Under the pieces are notes generated by a model. It was given only the letters and a program-made list of their open reading frames with translations, searched no databases and was not told the DNA's origin. Of a stretch of DNA of 61,083 nucleotides, positions 44,398 through 55,111 are shown piece by piece. The stretch's first letter is position 1. Each line of letters starts with the position of its first letter. The stretch is from contig QIKW01000270.1 of NCBI GenBank assembly GCA_003231975.1, forward strand, positions 1 through 61,083, in the 5' to 3' direction. The stretch is from Acidimicrobiia bacterium (GTDB taxonomy: Bacteria > Actinomycetota > Acidimicrobiia > Acidimicrobiales > SZUA-35). The translations under genes and the position numbers were made by a program.

Positions 44398-44431
44398 GCC
44401 CAATGGCCTACAGCAAGGCAGGCCATTGGGC
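44398..44431 (+). terminator. Perfect 12-bp-stem hairpin (GCCCAATGGCCT / AGGCCATTGGGC, 10-nt loop) between the hydrolase and the giant gene
   Basis: Read directly from the sequence. There is no U-tract, so it may be a terminator or a 5'-UTR element. Confidence 0.4.
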
Positions 44432-44531
44432 TCAGTTGCCGTGGTTGATCTCAAGCCGGACCTGCACACGCCGAAACATGGCCTAGCCAGAGCTGTTTGC
44501 CTGGCTAACTGCCGCCAACAAGAGGACGACC

Positions 44532-47500
44532 ATGTTTCGCCGAATTCCCGCCGCGCTTGCGAGCTTCGTAGTGTTTGCTGCGCTGGTTACCGTTCCACTA
44601 GTCGGTGGAACACCTGCTGCCGAAGCTGCCGCAGACGACAACTTCTCACTAACCAAGTCAGACAGTGTTGGCGGCGAGGCCCTCATTGGAGAGAACGTTA
44701 CCTACACCCTCACCGCATCTGGCACGCAGTCTTCAGCTGCGTATCTGTACAACCTGTCGTTCCGGGATGTGCTGCCTGCCGGTGTGTCCTTCGTTTCGGC
44801 CGATCCGGCTCCGACTGCAATTCTGAGCGACGTCCCAACCGCCGGACAGACCACGCTCATCTGGGAAAACACCAGCGACCTGCCTGCGGCTTCCAACGCA
44901 TCCGTTAGCTACACAATCGACACCAACCCAGACTTCGCCGGTGGCACTTCTGGCTCCGGCACCGTTCCTGTTGGCGCAACCGTTCCCAACTCAGCTCAAG
45001 CAGTGGCATCCCTGAACGCATTCCTAATCCCAGACTGGAGCCCAACCACTGGTGCCTTCACCGGCGACTTCGACGGCGAAGCCAGCGCCACCAACTCTCT
45101 GAACGTTATTGCGTTCCGCGTTACGAAGAGCGGCCCCGGCGAGTTGCTGCGCGGCGTGCACGACAACGGCTTCGGCGGCCGCAGCGGCTCCGCCGGAGAC
45201 ACATTCACAATCGAGATCCGTAACAATCCGGACTACGCAACCAACTCGGTCTCACTTCTAGACGTGCTTGACCCTCAGCTCGAGTTCTTGGGCTGCGCTA
45301 GTTATTATCCGCTAGGCGACGACAACTCAACCGACGTGCCTTTCCGAGAGTCCGCGGCGGCCCCAGATGAGGAATGGGCGGGCTCGGGCCAGATGGCAAC
45401 AGGAGCAGGCACCTGCACCACACCAACTTCGGTTGACACCGTCGACGCAGGCATCGGCGGCGGTTTGGCCAACACCGAGGTTCTCTGGGACCTCGGGAAC
45501 CTCGCGCCAAACGATGTGGTCACGGTTCAGTACCTTGCCGGTATCCCAATGCGGGCCAACACAACCACCTGGACCACCGTTGGTGGCCAACCCACAGCGG
45601 CCTCACTGGATCAGGGCCGCAACCTCGACAACAACTCGGGCCCCTCGACCAACGAGTTGGACCGAACGCTGAACGCAGACCCCGAACTACTGACCGACGG
45701 TGCGCCCGCCATTGCCAACACAGCAACTGCCAGCGGCACCTACACGCCGTCTGGCGCTGTTGCCACCGACACCGACATCCTCCAGACCGAGGCTGAAGAC
45801 ATCATCATCACGAAGAGCGCGGCGGGAACCTTGAACCACGGAGCGGTGATCTCGAACCAACTTACGGTCACGACTGGCGAGTACCGAGACTTCACCAGCT
45901 TGGTGGTTCGAGACCTTCTGCCAAGTGCGCTTTGTTACACCGGCGGCTTTGGGTCAGACAACACCCCGGGCGGCTCAGACTGGAACAGCAACGACTGCTC
46001 GGGAGCAGGCAGCGGAGCTGGCAGCTCTACCTCGGTGCGAGAAATAGCGGCGGGCGGGCCGTACGGTACCGGCCGATTCGAGATCGTCTGGGACCAAACA
46101 AGCGTGCCAGGTTTGGCCGACCTGGACAGCGACTCTTCGATCACAATTGGCTACGACGCTGTGGTCCGCACCGACTACCGCGGTGGCCTTGCCAGGCTTA
46201 CAGCAGAACCCGTTCTAGCTGGCGACTCTGTCACCAATGTGGCTGAGGTTTCCGGGCCAGACTTTGTGGTTGCCGCCCACGTCAACGACGGAGGCGCAGA
46301 CGACGAGGCTGACGGCGGGATCGACGGAGACACCACGTCTGCCAGCTTGTCCAACAGCCTGCCAAATATCAACAAGCGCATCTCGGCCAAGGCCGGGCCC
46401 CTAGCCACCGGCAGCAACGTAACTGGCGCGGTCTGCGGTGCTTCTTATGGCTCGATCACCTGGCAAGACACCGTTGCCACTGGCTTCGGCCCTGGCGAAA
46501 TCGTGTGTTTCGAACTGGGAGCAAGCTTTCCAAGCACAATCGACTACGAGAACGTCGTAATCCAGGACCTCCTACCTCCCGGCTACACCTACGTTGCCGG
46601 ATCAGCAGCCAGGATCGCCTCGATCGATGACCTCCCGGGAACAACATTTGACGCCACCACCCTCCGCTGGAACCTCGGAACGGTTAACAACCCCGGGCAC
46701 CAGTTCCGTTGGGTAATTGCTGTGCAGATTGGTGTGCCAGACGACGGTGTTGCACTTGACATCAACGCCAACCTCCAGAAGATGACCCACAACCAAAGCG
46801 CCGGGACCGTGTTCCAGTACCGAGACGAGGTGCCTGCTGAGTGGACCGAACCCCAGCTTGACCTGGCAAAGGGAGTTCAGAACGTTGACGCTCCAGACAA
46901 CACGCTTGACCTTGGACCGAACGGAATCGACTTTGACGGATCAACCACCGGTGGATCGACCTCGGTTCAGGTTCAGGCAGATGCGGTTGTCACCTTCAGG
47001 GTTGATGTTTCCAACGACGGGAACGAGCCCGCCCTGGCCGTTGAGGTCTGGGACCGAATTCCAACCGGCTTCACCTGCACAAACGTTTCAGCCATCAGTG
47101 CCGGCGGCTCATGTTCGGCCGGGCTTATCAGCTGGACAGTGCCAACGATCACGTCGGCGACACCAGCTCAGCTCACCTACGACCTTACAGTTCCAGCCGA
47201 CGTTGTTGCCGACGAGAGTTGGACCAACGAGGCAGGCGTGCGCACCTACCAGGCCGCGCTCAACTCAGACACCGCAGCCGACTCTGATCCGAACACCAAC
47301 GGCGGCCGCTACGACTACTACCCCCGCAACAACATCGACCCAACCGTTACATCCAACACCGATGACGCCGACGACGTGGCATTCATGTTCACCGCCGCCC
47401 CGTCTCTGGCCAAGGCTCAGGCCTCCGGTATCAGCGAAGCTGGCAACCCAAGCAATGGCACGCCCGCTGCTGGCCTGGACCGGGCAACGATCGGCGAGAT

Positions 47501-50500
47501 CAACCAGTACGAACTCCAGCTGACCATCCCCGACGGAACCGCCGTCTACAGCGGCGTGCTGAGCGACTTCCTGCCAACGGGCCTCACCTACTTCGAGGGG
47601 CTTGCGGCCTTCGGCGGCAGCGATCAAGTTCTGACCCCAACGGTCGTCTCCACCGATTCTGATGTTGATGGAGACGCCCTTGGTGGCGGCACCCTCAGCA
47701 CCCCGGCCGTTGGCTCTGGCGGGGCCTTGGTCTACACCCTGCCTGCCGACTACAGGAACCCGGCCGGATCCGGCGACGACACCGTAACGGTCACGTTCTA
47801 CGTGCAGGTTGCAAGCGGCGCGGCTGGCACCACTAGGAACAACCGCGGCCGGTTCGATTGGGACGATCTGGGCGGCACGGCCCAAACCAGAGTGGATAGT
47901 AACAACGCCCGACTGCGTCTGGTTGAGCCATCACCCTCGGTGACAAAGAGCCACACCTCCCCCGTTGGTAACAACGTGGCGCCAGGCGACACCATCACCT
48001 ACCGAATTGACGTTGCGAACGCTTCAGGTTCCAACCGCTCAGTTCTCCACGACGTAACCGTTGTTGATGACGTACCCATTGGCACAACCCCGCTTCAGGC
48101 CGGCGGCGTCCCCGCAATCGCAGACGGCGACCTGATTCCCAGCACAGGCATTAGCCCAGCAGGCTCATTCAACGGGGTCTGGAGCCAGACCAATCGCCAG
48201 ATCACCTGGACGCCTTCAAACTGGGCTCCCCTGGTTTCGCTCGATCCCGGCGTTACCCGTAGCTTCACATACCAAACCGCGGTGGACGATCCAGCTACCG
48301 CCAGCGGCACTCTTTTGAACACCGCATCCATCACCGGATCGAACCTGGCGACGGCCGATCCGAACTTCGCAGACGGTCGCACCTATAACGATTCAGACAC
48401 CGATCTGGTCAACCTGCCAGCGGCAACCATTGTGAAAGACATTGAGCCGTTGCCGTCAGACTCCACAGACCGGGCAACGGTAACCATCGGCGAGCCCCTC
48501 GATTTCGACATCGAGATCACACTGCCCGCCAACACCAGGGCCTATGACCTCACCCTGTTCGACCAGCTGCCAGCCGGCATCACGTTCGACAGCTTCGGGA
48601 CTCCTGCCCTTGGCGGCGCCTGCTCGGTGATCCCTGGCCTTGGTGCCCTGGCGGCAGGTGACATCGAAACGTTCGGCCCCGGCGTTGGAGGAGACAGCTC
48701 GCGCATTGCCTGGTTCCTTGGCGACGTTCTTGCCAACGGCTCAACCTGCACCATCACCGTTCCCTACACGGTCCATGTAGACCAGAACGCAGCCGACGGC
48801 AACACGCTCGACAACTCGGCCACCTTGGTGTGGAACAACACAGACGAAGTTCCTGACCAGTCACCGCCGTCACTGCCTGCCGGCTATGACGACCCGACCA
48901 GCTCCAGCTGGGACATCAGCGACGGCCCAGACGTAGAGTCGATCCTGGTGGTTGAGCCCCAGTTGGAGCTTGACAAGGATGTCACCTACGCATCAGGGGC
49001 CACGCTTGGCCCTTGCGATTCCACAGCAGGCAACAACCGCTTCGGCGCCAACGACACCGACACCGCGGCCGGGCTAACCAACGGCTGCGACGTTGAGTCA
49101 GGCGACCAACTTCGCTACACCCTTACCGTCACCAACTCTGGCACTTCGGGAGCCAACGACACAACCGTCGTTGACACCCTGCCGGTGGGATTTGAACCTT
49201 TGGTAGCACCAGGCGGAGCGATCGCCGCAAACGGCGCAACCATCGTTGGAGCCAGCGGCTCCGCTGGAATTTGGAACACCACCAACCGCACAATCACCTG
49301 GACCATCACAGGCCCAATCGCCCCAACAGGCGGAGCGGTAACGCTTGACTACGACGTGCAGCTTGATCCTTCAGCCTCGCTAACACAGGGCCAGGACCTG
49401 ACAAACACCGCCGACATTGGCACGTACTTCGGCCTTGACCTGGCAACCCGCACGGCTATCACGAACCCCGACGTTCCAACCTACGGCAATGCGCCAGCGG
49501 CAACCCGCGGGGCACTATTGCCAGATGTTGTGACCGTTGAGGTTCAGTTCCCTGAGCTCCAGATCACAAAAACCGCTATCGACGATGCAACCGACGCTCG
49601 CTTCGATCAGCCATTCGAGTGGCTGATCCAAGTTGAGAACATCGCTCCGTCAGCTTCGGCTTTCAACGTCGACGTTCGAGACCTCCTGCCTGCGGGCTGG
49701 ACCTACGTTGCAAACTCGGCCCTGGTAACCACCCCGTTCGGTGGGCCAACCCAAATCGAGCCCGCAATTTTCGCCTCGAACCTGACCTGGGACAACGCAG
49801 TTTCGGGCCCAGCACAACCTCTCGGACCCGGTGAGACAATCACTATCACTCTCGACGCGGTGCCAGAAGCAGCACTGCTGGCGCCAGACGTTCCAACCGC
49901 AATCACCAATACCGGCCCAGCCAACTTGCACACGAACAGCGCCGTGGTTACCGGTGAAGACTCCAGCGGCGCACTCGGCTGCTGCGACACCGGTGCTGGC
50001 ATCGTCAGCTACACCGACAGCGATTCAGCAGACGCCATCGTTCGTCGAGTTGACCTTGAGGTCTCCAAGGCCATCGTGGATTCTGCTCCCATCTACTTCG
50101 GCGACATCGTTACCTACGTGGTTGATGTAACCAACCAGGGCCCAAGCGACGCAACCGCAGTAACCCTTACCGACGTGTTCGCCCCGGGTCACGCATACCT
50201 CAGCACCACATCCATTGATGCAGGCACCTTCACCCCAGGCACTTCAACGTGGGACATTGGCACCCTGGCAAGCGGCGCAACCGTGCAGCTTGTCATCCAG
50301 CTTGAGGTCAACGCCGTTGGCCCAATCACCAACACCGCCCAGATCACAACCACTGATCAGTGGGACGTGGACTCCACCCCAGACAACGATGTTGAACTTG
50401 AGGACGACCAGGAAACCGTAACCATCACCGGCCTCGACACCGATCTTGGCAACCGTGTATGGCTGGACCTGAATGCAGACGGCGTGCAGGATGGAAGCGA

Positions 50501-53153
50501 GCCTGGCATCCCCGGTGTGAACGTGTACGTCAGCTGGACCGACGTGAACAGCGTTGTGCAGGTACGCAGCACCGTCACCGACTCAGACGGCAACTGGAAC
50601 GTTTCCGGCTTGCCTGCGAACAGACCGATCACCGTCACCGTTGATCCGTCGAACCTCGCAGCACCTGCCGGAACCGGCGGAGCGGGCAGCACCCTTCCTG
50701 CGGGCCTCTCCCCCACTTGGGAGTTGGCAGACAACCCCATCATCACCAACCCTCAGGCTGGTAACGGCCAGTCAACGGGCTTGGATCACGAAACAGCCGG
50801 GGTGATTCTGACCACGGCCAACAACAGCTATGTGGACGTTGACTTCGGCTACGTCGGGATCAACAGCGTTGGCGACGAAGTGTGGTTCGACGCCGACGCC
50901 GGCGGCGAACCCTCACCAGAGCCAGGCGACGTTGCCCTCGTTGGAGTTGACATGACCCTCACCTGGGCGGGCTTCGACGGCACCTTCGCCACCGCGGACG
51001 ACTTGGTGTTCAGCGACACCACAGATGGCTCCGGCAACTACCTGTTCAGCGGGCTCCCCGATGGCCAGTACCGGGTGGATGTAACCCCTGGCACGCTGCC
51101 AATGGGCGAAGTTCCAACCTATGACCTTGACGGTGTTGGCTCTGCCCACACCAGCGGCAACTTCAACTTGGGCGTAGGCCAGACTGCTCCGGAGGATCGC
51201 ACCGACGTTGACTTTGCCTACTCTGCCACAGGGACGCTTGGCGACACTGTGTGGGTAGACGTGAACCGCGACGGCGTGTTTGACGCCAACGAGGTCCCGC
51301 TTGGCGGGATCCGAGTTACCGCAACCTTCACCCTCCCAGGAGGCCTGGTTGTCAACCTCGAAACCACCACTGCCCCAGACGGCACCTACCAGTTCACCGA
51401 CCTTCCATTCGACCTTCCAGTAACTGTTGCGGTCGACGTCTCTACCTTGCCCCCCGGCTTGGTGCAGACATATGACCTCGACGGCTTGGCCACCCCAGAC
51501 ACTGCGGTTGCCACCCTCACCCAGGCTGTCCCGGTTCGAAACAACCTGGACTTCGGCTACACCGGCGACGGTGAGATCGGCGATCTCGTTTGGCTTGACG
51601 CCGATGCAAGCGCCACGCCTACTCAGGACGCAGGCGAGCCCGGCCTCGGCGGGGTTGGTGTAACCCTCACATGGACGAACCCAACCGGTGGAGCCGACAT
51701 GGTTCTCACAACAGTCACCGATGGCTCCGGCGCCTACCTGTTCGAGAATCTTCCCCCTGGGGACTACAACGTTGCCGTCGCCGGGCTACCAGCGGGCACC
51801 ACCCCAACCTTTGATGCCGACGGCGGGAACGACTTGATGTCTGACCTGACGCTCACTGCGGGCGAATCAAACAGGGACCAGGACTTCTCGGTTACCGGGA
51901 CCGGTTCGCTTGGCGACACGGTTTGGCGAGACACAAACGCAAACGGAGTGTTCGAAGCAGGCGAAAGCCCAATCGAAGGCGTCGACATTGAGATCACATG
52001 GACCGACTCGGCCACTAGCTCCACCTACACCTGGACCGAAACCACAGATGCCTCTGGCAACTACACCGTCGGCAACCTGCCTGCCGGTTCCTACACCGGA
52101 ACCGTCATTGCCTCCACCCTGCCTCCTGGCTACGTGGCAACCTTCGACCTTGACGGAGCCAACGACGGCACCGCAACACTCATTCTTGGCTCGGGCGAGG
52201 ATCGAGTGGACCTTGACTTTGGCTACCGACCTGAAGCTGACCTCGCCGTGGTGAAGAGCCACATCGGAGACTTCCGTCTTGGCGAGCAAAACGTTTGGAG
52301 CATCGCGGTTGCGAACAACGGCCCGGCCAGCGCCGTAGCTCCGGTCACAGTGGTTGACGTGTTGCCATCAACGGTCAACTTCGTAAGCGCAGGCGGACCC
52401 GATTGGGACTGCACCGAAGCCTCGGGCACGGTGACCTGCACATACGTCGGCTCCGGCGGGGTGCCGATCGACATGGCAAACGGTGCAAACTCTGGCTTCA
52501 CAATCACCGTTGAGCCAACGAGGGCTGCCGCGCCGTCGATCCTCAACACTGTCGCTGTCACAAGCCCAACCGACGACCCCGAGCAAGAGAACAACTTCTC
52601 GTTCGACCTCACCCGGGTTCCGCTGGCCGAGCTAGAACTTGAGAAAGCTCTGAACGGCAACCTCGAAGCTGGCGAGAACGCGGTCTACACAATCACCGTC
52701 ACCAACACCGGGCCGTCGGCAAGCAACGGCACGATCACCGTGACAGACGTTCTGCCTGCCGGGCTTACCTTCGTTTCAGCCAACGCCCCAGCCGGGGTTT
52801 CGTGCAGCGCCTCCGGTCAAACAGTTACGTGCGTGAGCGATGCTTCCCTGGCGGTTGACGCCACGTTCGCAGTGGAGCTCACGGTCAGGGTCATGGCTCT
52901 TGAGGGGCTTGCCATAGACAACGTTGCAGTTAGCAGCGGCGGCAACCGAGTGAACGATGCTCCGCTCTCGCCGTTGCTGGTGCCCGGACTAACTCAGAGC
53001 GCGAACGAAACGGCAACGGTTGGGGTCAACATTCTGGCGTTCACCGGAATGAACGGTGCCCTGATGCTGGGCGGCGCCCTTCTATTGGTCGGCCTCGGCA
53101 GCCTGATTCTGCTGGGTCGACGACGGGTTCTGGCCCCGGTACGGTCCAACTAG
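44532..53153 (+). CDS. Giant (2873 aa) cell-wall-anchored surface protein/adhesin with DUF11-type repeats, five SdrD-B/Cna-B-like repeats and a LAFTG sorting signal
   Basis: Signal peptide (AEA/A). Repeated (I/V)TVTNxGPSxAxxVxVxDxLPxG modules. Five xGDxVWxDxNxDG modules in aa 1972-2568 (nt 50445-52235). C-terminal LAFTG, TM helix and RRR. GAGGA SD before the ATG. Confidence 0.9.
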   Translation: MFRRIPAALASFVVFAALVTVPLVGGTPAAEAAADDNFSLTKSDSVGGEALIGENVTYTLTASGTQSSAAYLYNLSFRDVLPAGVSFVSADPAPTAILSDVPTAGQTTLIWENTSDLPAASNASVSYTIDTNPDFAGGTSGSGTVPVGATVPNSAQAVASLNAFLIPDWSPTTGAFTGDFDGEASATNSLNVIAFRVTKSGPGELLRGVHDNGFGGRSGSAGDTFTIEIRNNPDYATNSVSLLDVLDPQLEFLGCASYYPLGDDNSTDVPFRESAAAPDEEWAGSGQMATGAGTCTTPTSVDTVDAGIGGGLANTEVLWDLGNLAPNDVVTVQYLAGIPMRANTTTWTTVGGQPTAASLDQGRNLDNNSGPSTNELDRTLNADPELLTDGAPAIANTATASGTYTPSGAVATDTDILQTEAEDIIITKSAAGTLNHGAVISNQLTVTTGEYRDFTSLVVRDLLPSALCYTGGFGSDNTPGGSDWNSNDCSGAGSGAGSSTSVREIAAGGPYGTGRFEIVWDQTSVPGLADLDSDSSITIGYDAVVRTDYRGGLARLTAEPVLAGDSVTNVAEVSGPDFVVAAHVNDGGADDEADGGIDGDTTSASLSNSLPNINKRISAKAGPLATGSNVTGAVCGASYGSITWQDTVATGFGPGEIVCFELGASFPSTIDYENVVIQDLLPPGYTYVAGSAARIASIDDLPGTTFDATTLRWNLGTVNNPGHQFRWVIAVQIGVPDDGVALDINANLQKMTHNQSAGTVFQYRDEVPAEWTEPQLDLAKGVQNVDAPDNTLDLGPNGIDFDGSTTGGSTSVQVQADAVVTFRVDVSNDGNEPALAVEVWDRIPTGFTCTNVSAISAGGSCSAGLISWTVPTITSATPAQLTYDLTVPADVVADESWTNEAGVRTYQAALNSDTAADSDPNTNGGRYDYYPRNNIDPTVTSNTDDADDVAFMFTAAPSLAKAQASGISEAGNPSNGTPAAGLDRATIGEINQYELQLTIPDGTAVYSGVLSDFLPTGLTYFEGLAAFGGSDQVLTPTVVSTDSDVDGDALGGGTLSTPAVGSGGALVYTLPADYRNPAGSGDDTVTVTFYVQVASGAAGTTRNNRGRFDWDDLGGTAQTRVDSNNARLRLVEPSPSVTKSHTSPVGNNVAPGDTITYRIDVANASGSNRSVLHDVTVVDDVPIGTTPLQAGGVPAIADGDLIPSTGISPAGSFNGVWSQTNRQITWTPSNWAPLVSLDPGVTRSFTYQTAVDDPATASGTLLNTASITGSNLATADPNFADGRTYNDSDTDLVNLPAATIVKDIEPLPSDSTDRATVTIGEPLDFDIEITLPANTRAYDLTLFDQLPAGITFDSFGTPALGGACSVIPGLGALAAGDIETFGPGVGGDSSRIAWFLGDVLANGSTCTITVPYTVHVDQNAADGNTLDNSATLVWNNTDEVPDQSPPSLPAGYDDPTSSSWDISDGPDVESILVVEPQLELDKDVTYASGATLGPCDSTAGNNRFGANDTDTAAGLTNGCDVESGDQLRYTLTVTNSGTSGANDTTVVDTLPVGFEPLVAPGGAIAANGATIVGASGSAGIWNTTNRTITWTITGPIAPTGGAVTLDYDVQLDPSASLTQGQDLTNTADIGTYFGLDLATRTAITNPDVPTYGNAPAATRGALLPDVVTVEVQFPELQITKTAIDDATDARFDQPFEWLIQVENIAPSASAFNVDVRDLLPAGWTYVANSALVTTPFGGPTQIEPAIFASNLTWDNAVSGPAQPLGPGETITITLDAVPEAALLAPDVPTAITNTGPANLHTNSAVVTGEDSSGALGCCDTGAGIVSYTDSDSADAIVRRVDLEVSKAIVDSAPIYFGDIVTYVVDVTNQGPSDATAVTLTDVFAPGHAYLSTTSIDAGTFTPGTSTWDIGTLASGATVQLVIQLEVNAVGPITNTAQITTTDQWDVDSTPDNDVELEDDQETVTITGLDTDLGNRVWLDLNADGVQDGSEPGIPGVNVYVSWTDVNSVVQVRSTVTDSDGNWNVSGLPANRPITVTVDPSNLAAPAGTGGAGSTLPAGLSPTWELADNPIITNPQAGNGQSTGLDHETAGVILTTANNSYVDVDFGYVGINSVGDEVWFDADAGGEPSPEPGDVALVGVDMTLTWAGFDGTFATADDLVFSDTTDGSGNYLFSGLPDGQYRVDVTPGTLPMGEVPTYDLDGVGSAHTSGNFNLGVGQTAPEDRTDVDFAYSATGTLGDTVWVDVNRDGVFDANEVPLGGIRVTATFTLPGGLVVNLETTTAPDGTYQFTDLPFDLPVTVAVDVSTLPPGLVQTYDLDGLATPDTAVATLTQAVPVRNNLDFGYTGDGEIGDLVWLDADASATPTQDAGEPGLGGVGVTLTWTNPTGGADMVLTTVTDGSGAYLFENLPPGDYNVAVAGLPAGTTPTFDADGGNDLMSDLTLTAGESNRDQDFSVTGTGSLGDTVWRDTNANGVFEAGESPIEGVDIEITWTDSATSSTYTWTETTDASGNYTVGNLPAGSYTGTVIASTLPPGYVATFDLDGANDGTATLILGSGEDRVDLDFGYRPEADLAVVKSHIGDFRLGEQNVWSIAVANNGPASAVAPVTVVDVLPSTVNFVSAGGPDWDCTEASGTVTCTYVGSGGVPIDMANGANSGFTITVEPTRAAAPSILNTVAVTSPTDDPEQENNFSFDLTRVPLAELELEKALNGNLEAGENAVYTITVTNTGPSASNGTITVTDVLPAGLTFVSANAPAGVSCSASGQTVTCVSDASLAVDATFAVELTVRVMALEGLAIDNVAVSSGGNRVNDAPLSPLLVPGLTQSANETATVGVNILAFTGMNGALMLGGALLLVGLGSLILLGRRRVLAPVRSN
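53034..53048 (+). other. LAFTG sortase (LAxTG, class E-type) cleavage motif of the giant protein
   Basis: Followed by the hydrophobic helix GALMLGGALLLVGLGSLILLG and the basic tail RRR. Confidence 0.8.
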
Positions 53154-53183
53154 GTTGGTCCGGCCCGGGCCCAGCCCGTAGCT

Positions 53184-54056
53184 CTAGCCCTTCAGCCCTG
53201 ATCCGGCGACACCTTCGATGAAGTGTCGCTGGAACAGGATGAACACGATCACAACTGGCAGCACCATCATTGTGGCGAACGCCATCAAGTCGGCCCACTG
53301 AACTGGCGGCACACCACGGAAGAACGTGAGGCCCAGTGGCAGGGGCCTGACCTCCGCACTTCGGGCGACCATGACCGGCCACAAGAATTGACCCCACGAG
53401 TACAGGAACGTGAGGATCGCAGCGCTGGCATACGCCGGGCGGGCCAGCGGAAAGACGACGCTGAAGAAGGTGCGGTAGGGGCCAGCCCCGTCGATCATTG
53501 CGGCTTCTTCAAGTTCCTTTGGAAGACCTTTGAAAAAGGAATAGAACAAATAGATGTAGAGCGGCTGAGCGATGAACGGCAGAAACTGCGCCCGGAGGGT
53601 GTCGGTCCACTGAATTTCAGACATCATCAGCAAGAGCGGTACGGCCAGCGCTTCGAACGGGATAATGATGAGGGCAACCACCAGCCCCAGAAGGAATCGT
53701 TGTCCTTTGAACTTCAGCCGTGCGAGGGCGTACCCGAACAGGCTGTTGACAAACATTCCTCCGATAACAATGACGGTGGAAACAATCATTGAGACACGCA
53801 GCGAGGTGAAGTAGTTGCCAGTGTCGGCTGCTGATGCGTAGTTGGAGCCTGCCTCGAACGGGCTGGGGTTGAACGCAGCCAGCGACGTCTGGTCTCTGAT
53901 CACAACCTCGTCTGCCTTGAGCGATCCGATCACCATGATTGCCACCGGAAACAAGAAGAAGATGGCGAACAACCCCATGGCAACATAGGAGGGCCAGACC
54001 CGTTTCTTGATGCCCTTTGACTTCGGCGGCGCAACAGCCGCGGCAACTGCGGTCAT
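53184..54056 (-). CDS. CUT1-family ABC permease (MalG-like)
   Basis: EAAMIDGAGPYRTFFSVVFP EAA loop. Confidence 0.9.
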   Translation of the reverse strand: MTAVAAAVAPPKSKGIKKRVWPSYVAMGLFAIFFLFPVAIMVIGSLKADEVVIRDQTSLAAFNPSPFEAGSNYASAADTGNYFTSLRVSMIVSTVIVIGGMFVNSLFGYALARLKFKGQRFLLGLVVALIIIPFEALAVPLLLMMSEIQWTDTLRAQFLPFIAQPLYIYLFYSFFKGLPKELEEAAMIDGAGPYRTFFSVVFPLARPAYASAAILTFLYSWGQFLWPVMVARSAEVRPLPLGLTFFRGVPPVQWADLMAFATMMVLPVVIVFILFQRHFIEGVAGSGLKG

Positions 54057-54991
54057 AGATCCTTCGGTTCGAATCGTCGTTGGAAAATTGTGAGGAACAG
54101 CACCAGCAAGAAGAACAGAACGGCAATGGCTGACCCCTTGCCAACCTGGCCTGCCCCGAAGCCGGTATCGACCAGTTCGACCATGATGGTGTTGGTCGCA
54201 TCCACTGGACCGCCTGGCCTTGGCGGCAGGATCCAGACCTGGTCAAACAGGCGGAACGAGAGGATCATGGTGATGGTGATAACGAAGAAAAGCTGATGGC
54301 GGATTCCCGGCAGGGTGACGTTGCGGAACTGCCCCCAAGCTGAAGCCCCGTCAACCGACGCTGCCTCATAAAGAACGCGTGGCACGTCTTGAAGCGCGGC
54401 CAACAGAATGACCATTTGGAACCCAACACTGGCCCACAGTGAAACCAAGATCACGGCGGCCATCGTGTATGTGGGATTGTTCAACCAGTCCGGGCTGAAG
54501 GCGCCGAAGGTGAAGACCTCAAGAACAGTGTTGACCATTCCCGACGGGTTCAGCAGAACCAGCCAGATGATGGATGCCGCCGAAAGCGAGAACGTGATTG
54601 GCAGAAAGTAGACCACCCGGAAAAATACCGAGCCCCGCAGCTTCTGGTTGACCAGGATGGCCAGCAACAGGGCAAGGGCGGACTGGACCGGGACAGTGAC
54701 TATCGAAAAGACCAGGTTGTTCTTAATGGCCCCCCAAAAGCCCGAATCGGTTAAGACATCGACGTAGTTGTCGAATCCGACCCAACGAGTTGCCAGCGGA
54801 CTGAGCAGCTTTCGGTTGGTGAAAGACAATACGAGGGCGAACCCGAACGGGATCACCATGAACAGGGTGAGCAGCAACGCGGCAGGAAGCGAGAAGATGA
54901 TGCCTGCTGAGAAGCGCGACTCTCGCTCGCGAGACTGCGGCTCAGGCGAGCTTGGCTCCAGATCTCCAGTGGTGGCGGCGGGCGCCGTCAT
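54053..54991 (-). CDS. CUT1-family ABC permease (MalF-like)
   Basis: EAASVDGASAWGQFRNVTLP EAA loop. 4-nt overlap with the downstream permease gene. Confidence 0.9.
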   Translation of the reverse strand: MTAPAATTGDLEPSSPEPQSRERESRFSAGIIFSLPAALLLTLFMVIPFGFALVLSFTNRKLLSPLATRWVGFDNYVDVLTDSGFWGAIKNNLVFSIVTVPVQSALALLLAILVNQKLRGSVFFRVVYFLPITFSLSAASIIWLVLLNPSGMVNTVLEVFTFGAFSPDWLNNPTYTMAAVILVSLWASVGFQMVILLAALQDVPRVLYEAASVDGASAWGQFRNVTLPGIRHQLFFVITITMILSFRLFDQVWILPPRPGGPVDATNTIMVELVDTGFGAGQVGKGSAIAVLFFLLVLFLTIFQRRFEPKDL

Positions 54992-55111
54992 CTGACGGTC
55001 CTTTCAGAGGGGAGACGGTTTGTTGTTAAGCGATGTTGGCACCTACCCAGGTGGAAGCGACGCTGGGGTAGCGGTTAACTGCCCCTTGGGCAGGTGCCGG
55101 ATTTCTTGGGG

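Noticed and set aside
53154-53183. GGCCCGGGCC palindrome between the convergent giant gene and the permease gene as a terminator
   Set aside because: The palindrome has no loop and only about 4-5 bp of usable stem, and there is no U-tract. It is too weak to call.
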